A model generated the notes under the pieces. It did not search any database, was not told where the DNA came from, and worked only from the letters and a program-made list of their open reading frames with translations. Below, piece by piece: positions 41,047 to 49,568 of a stretch of DNA of 64,000 bases. This DNA is from an uncultured Planctomycetota bacterium (lineage in GTDB: Bacteria; Planctomycetota; PLA2; JAEUHO01): NCBI GenBank assembly GCA_963752285.1, contig CAVVXN010000005.1, forward strand, positions 1,600,001 through 1,664,000. The letters run 5' to 3'. Position numbers and translations under genes: made by a program. The first letter of the stretch is position 1. Each line of letters opens with the position of its first letter.

Positions 41047-41091
41047 CGAAGCATCCGAAACAGACGAAACACCCGAAACAGACGAAACAGG
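41047..41091. repeat. Five 9-bp direct repeats CGAAACAnn upstream of the TA operon
   Basis: cgaagcatc-cgaaacaga-cgaaacacc-cgaaacaga-cgaaacagg. Confidence 0.85.
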
Positions 41092-41565
41092 TGCACACAG
41101 CCGGGCTCCCCCACGCGGGTCCCTGGCCCCCCGCGGCTCGGCGCCGGAGCCGGCCAATCAATGAACGTTCAGGTTCCGGGAACTGCCCCTGCGATTGCAG
41201 AACCACGGAGAGGGTGACCGGTTCTGCAAGCGAACGGGCGCTCGAGCCCGCCCCGCTCGGGCGCTGCCCCGCCCGTCGATCCCCCCTGTCCACTCCGCGT
41301 CCGCGCGCCGGCGGCTGGGTGGCCGAAGAAACCGTCCGGCGGCCCGACGGGAGCCGCACGAGGTCGCGACGGCCCCCGACCTCCCGGGCAGAGGTATCCG
41401 CCCACGGAGCAGGTCGGAGACGACCAGTGGACGGGCCCCCGGCATGATCCCGTCCGGGTCGGCGCCCCGCGGCCGAAGTGCGTCCACCCCGTCCAATCCG
41501 AGTCCAACGCATCGATGACCTCTCCGCCAGCCTCCGTCGCTCGACGATCCGCCCCTCATCGGTGC

Positions 41566-41645
41566 CGCGCGCAGTACGTGCGCATGTCCACCGAGCATCA
41601 GCAGTACTCGACGGAGAACGAGGGCGACGTCATCCGCGACTACCC
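41566..41645 (+). pseudogene. N-terminal fragment of a large serine recombinase
   Basis: RAQYVRMSTEHQQYSTEN catalytic-Ser motif; similarity ends after about 25 codons. Confidence 0.7.
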
Positions 41646-41950
41646 ATCTTCTGAGCCAGCACGGCGGCGAAGTCGTACGGATCGGCCTTTGGCATGCGCG
41701 TCACAGGGACACCCAGCGGGGAGAACCGCTCAGGAACCGACGAGATCTCCCGCCGCCTCGGCGGCGAAGTCGGATGCCCACCCGAGGAGCTCGGGTGCCT
41801 TCCCGTGGTCCAGGCGGAAGAAGGGGACGCGGACACGTGGAGTGCGTACTCCACGGAGGTCTACCGGCACGGCTAGTGGGCAATCTGGTGGGCAGTGGCC
41901 ATATCCGGCCTCCTCGTCCCCACGAGGCCGGTTCCCCCAAAGGGCGGAAG

Positions 41951-42042
<92 letters not shown>

Positions 42043-42168
42043 GTGGCGGCCAAGGGGCGGAAGGTAGGGCTCGCCCCGGCCGGGGTCAAGGAGCGTCGGG
42101 GTACCGGCGCCGTGGCGCGCGGGGGCGCGCGGGGGCGCGGCGCGCGTGGACGTCTCTCCTCTGAACCC

Positions 42169-42624
42169 TCAGCCCCGGCGGGCGGCGAAGAACGCGCGGA
42201 GGAGTCGGCCCGCCTCCTCGGCGAGCACGCCGGCGCGCACTTCGAGGCGGTGGTTCAGGCGCGGGTCCTCGCACACGTTCGCGAGGCTGCCCGCGGCGCC
42301 GGCCTTCGGGTCGGTGGCCCCGTACACGAGCCGCGCGACGCGCGCGTTCACGCACGCGCCCGCGCACATGAAGCACGGTTCGAGCGTCACGTAGAGCGTG
42401 GCCCCGTCGAGCCGCCACGACCCGACGGCCCTCGCGGCGTCGCGGAGCGCGAGGATCTCCGCGTGCGCGGTCGGGTCCCCGTCCGCCTCGCGCCGGTTTT
42501 GCGCGCGGGCGACGACCCGCCCCCCCACCGCGACCACCGCGCCGATGGGCACGTCGTCGTGGAGGAGCGCGGCCTCGGCCTCCGCGAGCGCCTCCCGGAG
42601 GAAGGCCTCGTCGGGGTCCGTCAC
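42169..42624 (-). CDS. tadA: tRNA adenosine(34) deaminase
   Basis: DPTAHAE, TLEPCFMCAGA, DPKAGA, LNH, FF..RR motifs. Confidence 0.95.
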   Translation of the reverse strand: MTDPDEAFLREALAEAEAALLHDDVPIGAVVAVGGRVVARAQNRREADGDPTAHAEILALRDAARAVGSWRLDGATLYVTLEPCFMCAGACVNARVARLVYGATDPKAGAAGSLANVCEDPRLNHRLEVRAGVLAEEAGRLLRAFFAARRG

Positions 42625-42658
42625 CGCTCGGCTCCCGCCTTCGCGCGGCGCCCCGCCG

Positions 42659-43153
42659 TCACGGGCGGCCCGGCCGCTTCTCGCGCTCGTCCCGCCGGCG
42701 GCACGATCCCGAGTCTCGGAACTGGCGGCAGCGGACGTAGAGCGTCAGGTTGTGGCCCTCGATCTCGAAGCCCTCTTGCTCCGCGACCTTCTCCTGCTGG
42801 CGCTCGATCTCCTCGTTTCGGAACTCGATCACCGCGCGGCAGTCCACGCAGACCATGTGGTCGTGGTGTTCGCGCTTGAGCGCGCGCTCGTAGCGGCGCT
42901 GCCCGTCGGCGAAGTCGTGCCCTTCGAGGATCCCCGCCTCCTCGAGAAGGCGCAGGCCGCGGTACACGGTGGCCATCGAGACCGTCTCGCCTTCGTCGAT
43001 GAGGCGCTGGTAGAGGTCCTCGGCGGTGAAGTGCCCCTTCTGGTCGAGCGCCGCGCGAACCATCTGCCGGCGTTGGTCGGTCATCTTGAGACCGTCGGCC
43101 CGGAGGAACTGGCCGAACAGGCCCAGCGCGTGATCGAAGGTCGGGTCGGCCAT
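42659..43153 (-). CDS. fur: Fur-family transcriptional regulator
   Basis: HFTAEDLY, ATVYRGL, HHDHMVCVDC motifs. Confidence 0.92.
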   Translation of the reverse strand: MADPTFDHALGLFGQFLRADGLKMTDQRRQMVRAALDQKGHFTAEDLYQRLIDEGETVSMATVYRGLRLLEEAGILEGHDFADGQRRYERALKREHHDHMVCVDCRAVIEFRNEEIERQQEKVAEQEGFEIEGHNLTLYVRCRQFRDSGSCRRRDEREKRPGRP

Positions 43154-43270
43154 TGCGGGCGGAAGATACCATCCGCGAGGCCTGATGGAGAATGAGAGTG
43201 AGAGGCGTTCCCGCCGTGGCCGGCGGCTCGCGACGGGTCGCGCGGGCCCGGATGAGGGCCCGGGTGGCCG

Positions 43271-43981
43271 CTACTTGATCGAGGCGATCACGTCGAGGGC
43301 CTTGGCGACCTCGGCCTGGATCCGGATCGGCGCGCGGACCACGAGGTAGCGGTCGGTCGCCCGGATCGTCCATCCCTCGGTGTCCCAGAGCTCCGTCGCG
43401 ACCATCGTCTTCACGAGCTCCATGACGGCGTCCCCGCTCGTCAGGGGATCGTCCTCCACCACCTTCTCGGGCTCGTACTCCTCGACGGGGGTGAAGTCGG
43501 ACGGGTGCAGGTTGATGTCGGGCCCGATGAAGTCCACCTTCGTGTACGTGATGTGGCTGATCGCGTGGAGGCGCGTCACGGGCTTCCCGTAGCTCGCGGC
43601 CTTGGTGGTGATCGTCACCAGGTTGTCGGTCACGACCGCGGCGAGGTCGTGGGGATCGAGGGCCAGGTGGAGGATCGTCGCGACGGTCACGTCGTCGAGC
43701 TCGGCCGTGAAGGTGACGTCGGCGGGCTCGACCCCGGCCTTCGAGAGCGCGGTCCGGTCGATCACGAAGTTCGAGCCGGTGGCGGTCCGGAGCCACTTGA
43801 GGAGGTCCTCGAGCGACACCGCCTGGAGCTTCACGTTCCTGAGCCGCTGCGTCCGGAGCTTGTGGACGAGGGCCGCGGCGCGCGCGGACGACGTCGCCTT
43901 GGCCGGCGGCGGGTCCCCGGCGAACGCCGGGGACGCGAGGAGGAGGGCGGTAAGGAGCAGGGCGAGGGACGTCGGGCGCAT
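43271..43981 (-). CDS. Exported protein with STN/secretin-N-like domain
   Basis: Signal peptide; SLEDLLKWLRTATGSNFVID...LDDVTVATIL...LVVRAPIRIQAEV pattern. Confidence 0.6.
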   Translation of the reverse strand: MRPTSLALLLTALLLASPAFAGDPPPAKATSSARAAALVHKLRTQRLRNVKLQAVSLEDLLKWLRTATGSNFVIDRTALSKAGVEPADVTFTAELDDVTVATILHLALDPHDLAAVVTDNLVTITTKAASYGKPVTRLHAISHITYTKVDFIGPDINLHPSDFTPVEEYEPEKVVEDDPLTSGDAVMELVKTMVATELWDTEGWTIRATDRYLVVRAPIRIQAEVAKALDVIASIK

Positions 43982-44043
43982 CGGAGGCCTCCGCATCCTG
44001 GGAACGTCGGCGGGCGCCCGCTGGCGCGCCCGGGACTCGCGGC

Positions 44044-45336
44044 TCAGCGCGCGCGCGACGCCGAGAGCGCGCGGTGCGCGATGTCGGTGCGGAACATCGC
44101 CCCCTCGAAGTCGATGCGCTGGACGCCCTCGTAGGCCCGGTCGCGCGCCTCGCGGAGGCCCGGGCCCCGGCCGGTGACGCAGAGCACCCGCCCGCCGGCG
44201 GTCACGACCCGGTCGCCCGCGCGGCGCGTCCCGGCGTGGAACACCTCGACCCCCTCCAGGCCCGCGGCCTCCTCGAGGCCCCGGATCGGCTTCCCGGCCT
44301 GGTACGCCCCCGGGTACCCCTGCGAGGCGATCACCACCCCCACGCACGGTTCCGGGTCCACGTCGAGGCCCTCGATCGACGCGAGCCTCCCCTCGGCCGC
44401 CGCGTAGAGGACCTCGAACAGGTCCGTCTCGAGGCGCGGCAGCACCACCTGGGCCTCGGGGTCGCCGAAGCGCACGTTGAACTCGAGCACGCGCGGTCCG
44501 CCCTTCGTGACCATGAGGCCCGCGTAGAGCACGCCGGCGAAGGGAGCGCCCTCCATCTTCATCCCGTGAATCGTGGGCACGAGGACCGTACGGATTACGC
44601 GGTCCATCAGGTCGCCCTCGACGACGGGCGCCGGGCTGTACGCGCCCATGCCGCCGGTGTTCGGCCCCGCATCCCCGTCGAGCGCGCGCTTGTGGTCCTG
44701 CGAGGAGGGCAGGACGAGGATCGTGTCGCCGTCGGTGATGGCGTGGATCGAGGCTTCCTCCCCGCGGAGGTACTCCTCCACCACCACCCGCGCGCCCGCG
44801 TCGCCGAACCGGCGCGCCGACATCGACTCGTCGAGCGCCGCGAGCGCCTGGTGCAGATCCTCGCAGATCGCGACGCCTTTCCCGGCCGCGAGCCCGTCGG
44901 CTTTCACCACGAGCGGGAAGACCTCGCTCTGGCGCACGTACGCGCGCGCCTCGTCGGCGTCGGTGAACGAACGCCACGCCGCGGTGGGCACGTTGTTCCT
45001 CACCATCATCTGCTTCGCGAACGCCTTGCTGCCCTCGAGGCGCGCGGCCGCGCGGGTCGGCCCGAAGATGACGAGGCCGTCGTCGCGGAACAGGTCCACG
45101 ATGCCCTGGACGAGGGGCGCCTCGGGGCCCACGACCGTCAGGTCCACCTTCTCCTCGCGGGCCCAGCGCCGGAGGCCCTCGACGTCGCTCGTGAGCAGGT
45201 CCGCGCGACATCGCGCCACCGCCTCCATGCCGCCGTTCCCCGGCGCGGCGAGGACCTCGTCGACGCGGGGGCTCTTCGCGAGCGTCGCGGCAAGCGCGTG
45301 CTCGCGGCCCCCGCCCCCCACGACCAGCACCTTCAT
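44044..45336 (-). CDS. purD: Phosphoribosylamine-glycine ligase
   Basis: GGGGREHAL, GPEAPL, LEGSKAFAK, KADGLAAGKGV, QDHKR, NTGGMGAYSP, EFNVRFGDPE. Confidence 0.98.
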   Translation of the reverse strand: MKVLVVGGGGREHALAATLAKSPRVDEVLAAPGNGGMEAVARCRADLLTSDVEGLRRWAREEKVDLTVVGPEAPLVQGIVDLFRDDGLVIFGPTRAAARLEGSKAFAKQMMVRNNVPTAAWRSFTDADEARAYVRQSEVFPLVVKADGLAAGKGVAICEDLHQALAALDESMSARRFGDAGARVVVEEYLRGEEASIHAITDGDTILVLPSSQDHKRALDGDAGPNTGGMGAYSPAPVVEGDLMDRVIRTVLVPTIHGMKMEGAPFAGVLYAGLMVTKGGPRVLEFNVRFGDPEAQVVLPRLETDLFEVLYAAAEGRLASIEGLDVDPEPCVGVVIASQGYPGAYQAGKPIRGLEEAAGLEGVEVFHAGTRRAGDRVVTAGGRVLCVTGRGPGLREARDRAYEGVQRIDFEGAMFRTDIAHRALSASRAR

Positions 45337-45673
45337 GACGGCTCCTCGGGGCGATGTCCGGCGGCGCTCTCGTACCACGCGGGGGCCCGGCCGGCGAACG
45401 GATCGGGCGGGGCCCCTCCACCGTGCGCTCGACGATCCGTGACCCGTACGTGACATCCGAGGCCCGCGAGAGGCCCCCGAGAGCGCGCTCCGGGCGTCTG
45501 CGGGGCCGTTCCAGGGTCCGTCCCCCCCCGGTGTCACCCGATACGTAGCGATGGGCCCTCGCTCCTTGGAGGGGAGTGCCGTCCGCGGTACCCTCGCCCG
45601 GGGTCAGGCCCCAAGGAGGCATGTCTAGACCCAGCGCCCCCGGCGAATGGGTCGATTGGGAGGTTCTCGATCC

Positions 45674-45880
45674 ATGAGGAAGTTCGTCGTCCTGCTGGCG
45701 CTGGTCGTCGCGGTCGGCACGATGGTTGGCTGCTCCAGCCCGTGCAACCCCTGCCAGCCCTGTCAGCCCTGTGTCGCCGCTCCCGTCTACCAGAGCCCGT
45801 GCTGCCCCGCTCCGAGCGGTGCGGTCGATGGCGCCTGGGGGATGGCCGCGCCGATGGCGCCCGCCGGTGGGGGCTACTAG
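45674..45880 (+). CDS. Small Cys/Pro-rich lipoprotein 1 (68 aa)
   Basis: GGAGG RBS; MRKFVVLLALVVAVGTMVG-CSSPCNPCQPCQPC...CC...GGGY; strong terminator downstream. Confidence 0.8.
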   Translation: MRKFVVLLALVVAVGTMVGCSSPCNPCQPCQPCVAAPVYQSPCCPAPSGAVDGAWGMAAPMAPAGGGY

Positions 45881-45945
45881 GACTCGTACCGCTACGAGCA
45901 CGTAGGGTCGTCCCGCGCGACGAGTGCGGGAGGACCCGGACATCC

Positions 45946-45986
45946 GAGACGCACGGCGATCGAGATCGCCGTGCGTTTCTCTTTTT
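45946..45986 (+). terminator. Rho-independent terminator
   Basis: Stem GACGCACGGCGAT-cgag-ATCGCCGTGCGTT followed by a T-rich tail. Confidence 0.8.
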
Positions 45987-46174
45987 CGGCCGCATCTCGT
46001 GTTCGTGGGCGGGGATCACGGCGCCACACGGGCCCGGCCCGACGTAGCGCCGCGCGCGGGGCACGCGCCGCCACCCGCCGGCCCGCGCCGGTCGTGGACC
46101 GCGCGCTTGGCAGCCGCCGCGCGACCTCCTACGATCGCGCGGCGACGCGCGGTTCGCGTCGGGAGGACGAAGGC

Positions 46175-46441
46175 ATGCGGCCGCGAACGATCCTCGGCGT
46201 GGTGCTCGCGCTCCTCTTCGTCGCCGGCGCCCTGGGCCTCTCCGGCTGCTGCGTCGAGCCGGCGGACTGTCTCTGTCCGGGCGACCCGTGCCAGGAGGGT
46301 GCGGCGCCGTGCGACCCGTGTCGGAACGGCGGCGAGAAGCGGTTCTGGACGCCGATCCACCGCGTGTCCTGTTGCTGGTGGCAGCCCGTACCGTGCCCGT
46401 GCGCGGACCCCGCCCCACTCCCCTCGGCCTGCGCGCCGTAG
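46175..46441 (+). CDS. Small Cys-rich lipoprotein 2 (88 aa, 12 Cys; OmcA-like pattern)
   Basis: GGAGG RBS; signal ending LSG-CC, then VEPADCLCPGDPCQ..PCDPC..CCWW..CPC..C. Confidence 0.75.
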   Translation: MRPRTILGVVLALLFVAGALGLSGCCVEPADCLCPGDPCQEGAAPCDPCRNGGEKRFWTPIHRVSCCWWQPVPCPCADPAPLPSACAP

Positions 46442-46599
46442 CGGCACCGAATTCGCCGGGGACACGCGTCGTGACCCACGGGTGACCCGGGAGGGCATCC
46501 TGGGGGCGTACCGGGACTCGTGCTCGCGGCGTCCCCGGGGACCGTGGCCGTCGTCCCGTTCAACCGGGGCCGGGGCCCTCGACGTCGGGACGGAGGACC

Positions 46600-46761
46600 A
46601 TGAAGAAGCTGACCCTCTGGCTGCTTGCGGCCGCTCTCCTGGGGCTCGGGGCCGCCTGCAGCTCCCCCTGCAACACCCCCAATCCCTGCAACACACCCAA
46701 CCCCTGCAACACGCCGAACCCCTGCAACACCCCGAATCCGTGCAACCCCTGCGGGCGCTAG
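46600..46761 (+). CDS. Small Cys-rich lipoprotein 3 (53 aa; not in ORF track)
   Basis: GGAGGACC-ATG; MKKLTLWLLAAALLGLGAA-CSSP(CNTPNP)4CNPCGR; repeat units differ only at synonymous positions. Confidence 0.85.
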   Translation: MKKLTLWLLAAALLGLGAACSSPCNTPNPCNTPNPCNTPNPCNTPNPCNPCGR

Positions 46762-46950
46762 GCCCCCGCGGAGCGCGTAGCCTCGTCTGCTTGTGGTCAG
46801 GAGGAGGATCGGCGGTCCGGGATCCAGGTCTTGGAGAACGGTCCCGCTCGGCCTATTCTCTTGGCTCGGAGGTTGGGCGCCGCCTTCAGGCGTCGGTCTG
46901 CAGACGTCACGGCCGGGCCCATGTACGTTCATCCTAGGAGGTACATCCCC

Positions 46951-47238
46951 ATGCTTCGCAAGCTCGTGATCGTGGCCGCGCTGGTCGGCTGCGTCGGCTT
47001 GGTGGCCTGCTCGTCGCCGTGCAGTCCGTGTAACCAGCCGAACCCCTGCAACAACCCGTGCAGCAGTCCCTGCAACCAGCCGAACCCCTGCAACACCTGC
47101 AGCCCCTGCAACCAGCCGAACCCGTGCAACCAGCCGAACCCCTGCGCGTCGCCGTGCGCCACCCCGTGCGCGCCGGCTCCGTGCGCCCCGCCGCCCTGCG
47201 CGCCGCCCCCGGCGCCCTGCGCGGCTCCCGGCTACTAG
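46951..47238 (+). CDS. Small Cys/Pro-rich lipoprotein 4 (95 aa)
   Basis: [33 protein letters not shown], four CNQPNP units, CAPPP tail, ends PGY; 16 Cys in the mature part. Confidence 0.85.
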   Translation: MLRKLVIVAALVGCVGLVACSSPCSPCNQPNPCNNPCSSPCNQPNPCNTCSPCNQPNPCNQPNPCASPCATPCAPAPCAPPPCAPPPAPCAAPGY

Positions 47239-47263
47239 CTCGCGGTCGGCACAGAGGCTGAGT

Positions 47264-47293
47264 GGGAACCGCCCGGACCCGGGCGGTTCTCTT
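47264..47293 (+). terminator. Putative terminator hairpin
   Basis: GAACCGCCCG-gacc-CGGGCGGTTC followed by TCTT. Confidence 0.6.
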
Positions 47294-47457
47294 CCCCAGG
47301 GAAGGTCGTGGTCGAGGGCACCACGGCCTTCCCTTCGCTTTGCGTGGGCGCGCGGACGTCGATCGCGTCACGCGCGTTCGTCCGCGGCGCCGGGCCTCCG
47401 ACGCGCGAGGGCCCGCGACGCCGCAGCGTCCGTGAACGGGCGCGCGCGGGCGGAAGT

Positions 47458-47532
47458 TGGTCGGGGAGATGGGATTCGAACCCACGACTGGCAGCTCCCA
47501 AAGCTGCCCCTCTACCACTGAGGTACTCCCCG
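47458..47532 (-). tRNA. tRNA-Pro(TGG)
   Basis: CGGGGAG acceptor, anticodon arm GCAGC-TTTGGGA-GCTGC, GGTTCGAATCC, 3' ACCA. Confidence 0.95.
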
Positions 47533-47645
47533 AGCCGGTCGTCTCGGTTGGCGCCCAAAGGCGCGCCGCGGCGAAGGGTACCACCTACCGGTAGACGCCC
47601 CAAGCGAGCCGGTACGACGTACGGGCCCGCGCTTCGCCGCGCGCG

Positions 47646-49406
47646 CTACCCGCCGGTGGTCGGGCGGTCGGGCGTGCTGCCCGGCTTCGGTCCCGCCGCG
47701 GGACGAGGCGGCGGCTTGGGAGGCGTGGGCGCCGGTCCGTGTCCGCCCTTCCCGTTGGGCTTCTTCGCCGTCGCCTCTTCGAGGACCTCTACGTCCACGT
47801 CGAAAGTGTAGAGCCGCTGGCGTTCGAGCAGAAGCTCCCACGGCGTGCCGCCGTAGCGGGACCGGAGCCGCATGCGCCTCAGCCACAGCTCGGCGAGCGC
47901 GAGGTTTCGCTCGCGGTCGTCGAGGTCCCGCGCCTCGGGCCGCCGCTCGAACCCCTCGGCGATCAGGCGGGGAACGAGCCGCGCTCGCCGGTAGGTGACG
48001 TGGAGCGGCTTGATGCGGCGGAGCGCGGCGACGCGCTCGAGCCAGTGGAAGCGGACCTGCTGGAGCAGGGTGCCGAGCAGCTGGAAGTCGGCCTCGACGC
48101 GTTCGGAGAGCGGGTCCTGACGATCGGAGGGCGTCCGGGCGCGGCCGTCCACCTCGGCCCACCACTGGAGGGCCTGGTTCACGCGCTCGAGCCGGGCGGT
48201 GGCGTGGGCGATCGCCCGGCGCACGTCGTCCATCTCCTCGTACCAGACGGTCAGCGGCTGGAGCGAGCGCACGGGTCGCTGCGGGCGGAGACCGAGGCCG
48301 CCGCCCACCATCTCGAGCGAGCCGAGCGTCTGGAGCACGGGGCACGCCTCGTCCGCCAGATGCTCCCAGATCCGCACGATCACGCGCGCGCGCGCGTCCT
48401 TGTCGAGGTCCTTCAGGACGCGCGCGCGGGGGCGCAGGTCGGGCGCGAAGCGCGCAAGTCGCCCCGGGTCGTACACGGGCGACGCCTGCCTCTTCGCAGC
48501 CGAGCCGGTCGCGGAGAAGTCGGTGACGAAGTAGCGTCCGCCGGTGCTGAACGCGAGCGACGCGGGCGCCCAGTAGCCGAATCCGGACGGCACCGGGTAG
48601 CGCGGCGGGCGCTGCCACAGGAACTCGAGCTGCGCGAGGTCGAGCTCCCAACCGTACGGGACCAGGCCGAGCGCGACGTCGCCGTCGTAGAAGAGCGAGT
48701 CGTGATCGCCCGAGCCCGGCTCCGGTTCGAAGCGCTCGACGAGTCCGAGGGCGGGCACGTTCCTCGGCACGAACGTCTCCTGCCACGCCCGCTCGAACCC
48801 CGCCTCGGGCGCGATCGCGTAGAACGCGACGCCCCCGTCGAGGAGCGCCTCCCGTGTCGCCTCGACGTCGTCCTCGGCGTCGCCCCCGTCTGCCGTCACG
48901 AGGCAGATCGCGAGGGGACCGCGGGTGCGCCGGAGCTCGGCCGCGGCGTCGCGCGTGGCGCGGAGCAGGTTCTTCGTGCCGGGCACGGGGATCGCCGCCA
49001 GGGCCTCGAGGGCGACCCGGGCCCGAGCGGGGTCGGGATCCGGGCGGAGCCGGTCCGCGCCGCAGCCGAGCACCCCGATGGCGAGCCCCGGAGGGCCCTC
49101 CGCCGCGACGCTCTCGATCGCGGCCGCGAGCTGCTTCAGGCGCGGAACGAGCGAGGGCGTCGGGTCGATCACGAGCATCAGCGCGCCGGCGCCGGCCTCG
49201 GGCCGCGCCTCGGCGCGGAGCGCGAGGTCCCGCGCCACGAACCGGACCGCGTCCCGGAAGTCGCGCCCGCGCTCGTACACCTCGGCCGGTGTGCGTGCCT
49301 CCGTGGCGACGCCGCCCTCGGCGCCCGGAGGTGGGGTGAGCCCCGCGAGGAGGAGCGCCGCCGCGAGGGCGAAGGACGGGCGGAGGAGGAGCCGGGGCCG
49401 CGGCAC
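47646..49406 (-). CDS. Secreted vWA-like protein (planctomycete-type)
   Basis: Signal peptide; MIDAS-like VIDPTPS, LVTADGGD, VPSGFGYWAPASLAFSTGGRYF, RYGGTPWE, Pro-rich tail. Confidence 0.7.
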   Translation of the reverse strand: MPRPRLLLRPSFALAAALLLAGLTPPPGAEGGVATEARTPAEVYERGRDFRDAVRFVARDLALRAEARPEAGAGALMLVIDPTPSLVPRLKQLAAAIESVAAEGPPGLAIGVLGCGADRLRPDPDPARARVALEALAAIPVPGTKNLLRATRDAAAELRRTRGPLAICLVTADGGDAEDDVEATREALLDGGVAFYAIAPEAGFERAWQETFVPRNVPALGLVERFEPEPGSGDHDSLFYDGDVALGLVPYGWELDLAQLEFLWQRPPRYPVPSGFGYWAPASLAFSTGGRYFVTDFSATGSAAKRQASPVYDPGRLARFAPDLRPRARVLKDLDKDARARVIVRIWEHLADEACPVLQTLGSLEMVGGGLGLRPQRPVRSLQPLTVWYEEMDDVRRAIAHATARLERVNQALQWWAEVDGRARTPSDRQDPLSERVEADFQLLGTLLQQVRFHWLERVAALRRIKPLHVTYRRARLVPRLIAEGFERRPEARDLDDRERNLALAELWLRRMRLRSRYGGTPWELLLERQRLYTFDVDVEVLEEATAKKPNGKGGHGPAPTPPKPPPRPAAGPKPGSTPDRPTTGG

Positions 49407-49568
49407 GGTCCCTCACTCTACCCGCGGGGCGCCGAGCCGCGGGGGCCGCGAGCCCGGCCCTCGGCGCTCGATCCGTCTCCGAGGCGCGACCCGGACGGGC
49501 GGCCCGGGCCCGATACGATCTCGGGTCGAGCGGCGCGTTCCTCTCGATGCGCGCCCGGAAGGAGACCG

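Noticed and set aside
41694..41876. Possible tyrosine-integrase C-terminal remnant (…TEVYRHG)
   Set aside because: Similarity is limited to a few residues; cannot be supported without a search.
46560..47162. Minus-strand LQGFG(V/W)LQG repeat ORFs
   Set aside because: Antisense shadows of the Cys-rich lipoprotein genes, which have the RBS, signal peptides and synonymous variation.
45674..47238. Complete RiPP biosynthetic cluster
   Set aside because: No modifying enzyme, peptidase or dedicated transporter is adjacent, and the precursors carry lipoprotein signals; kept only as an alternative hypothesis.
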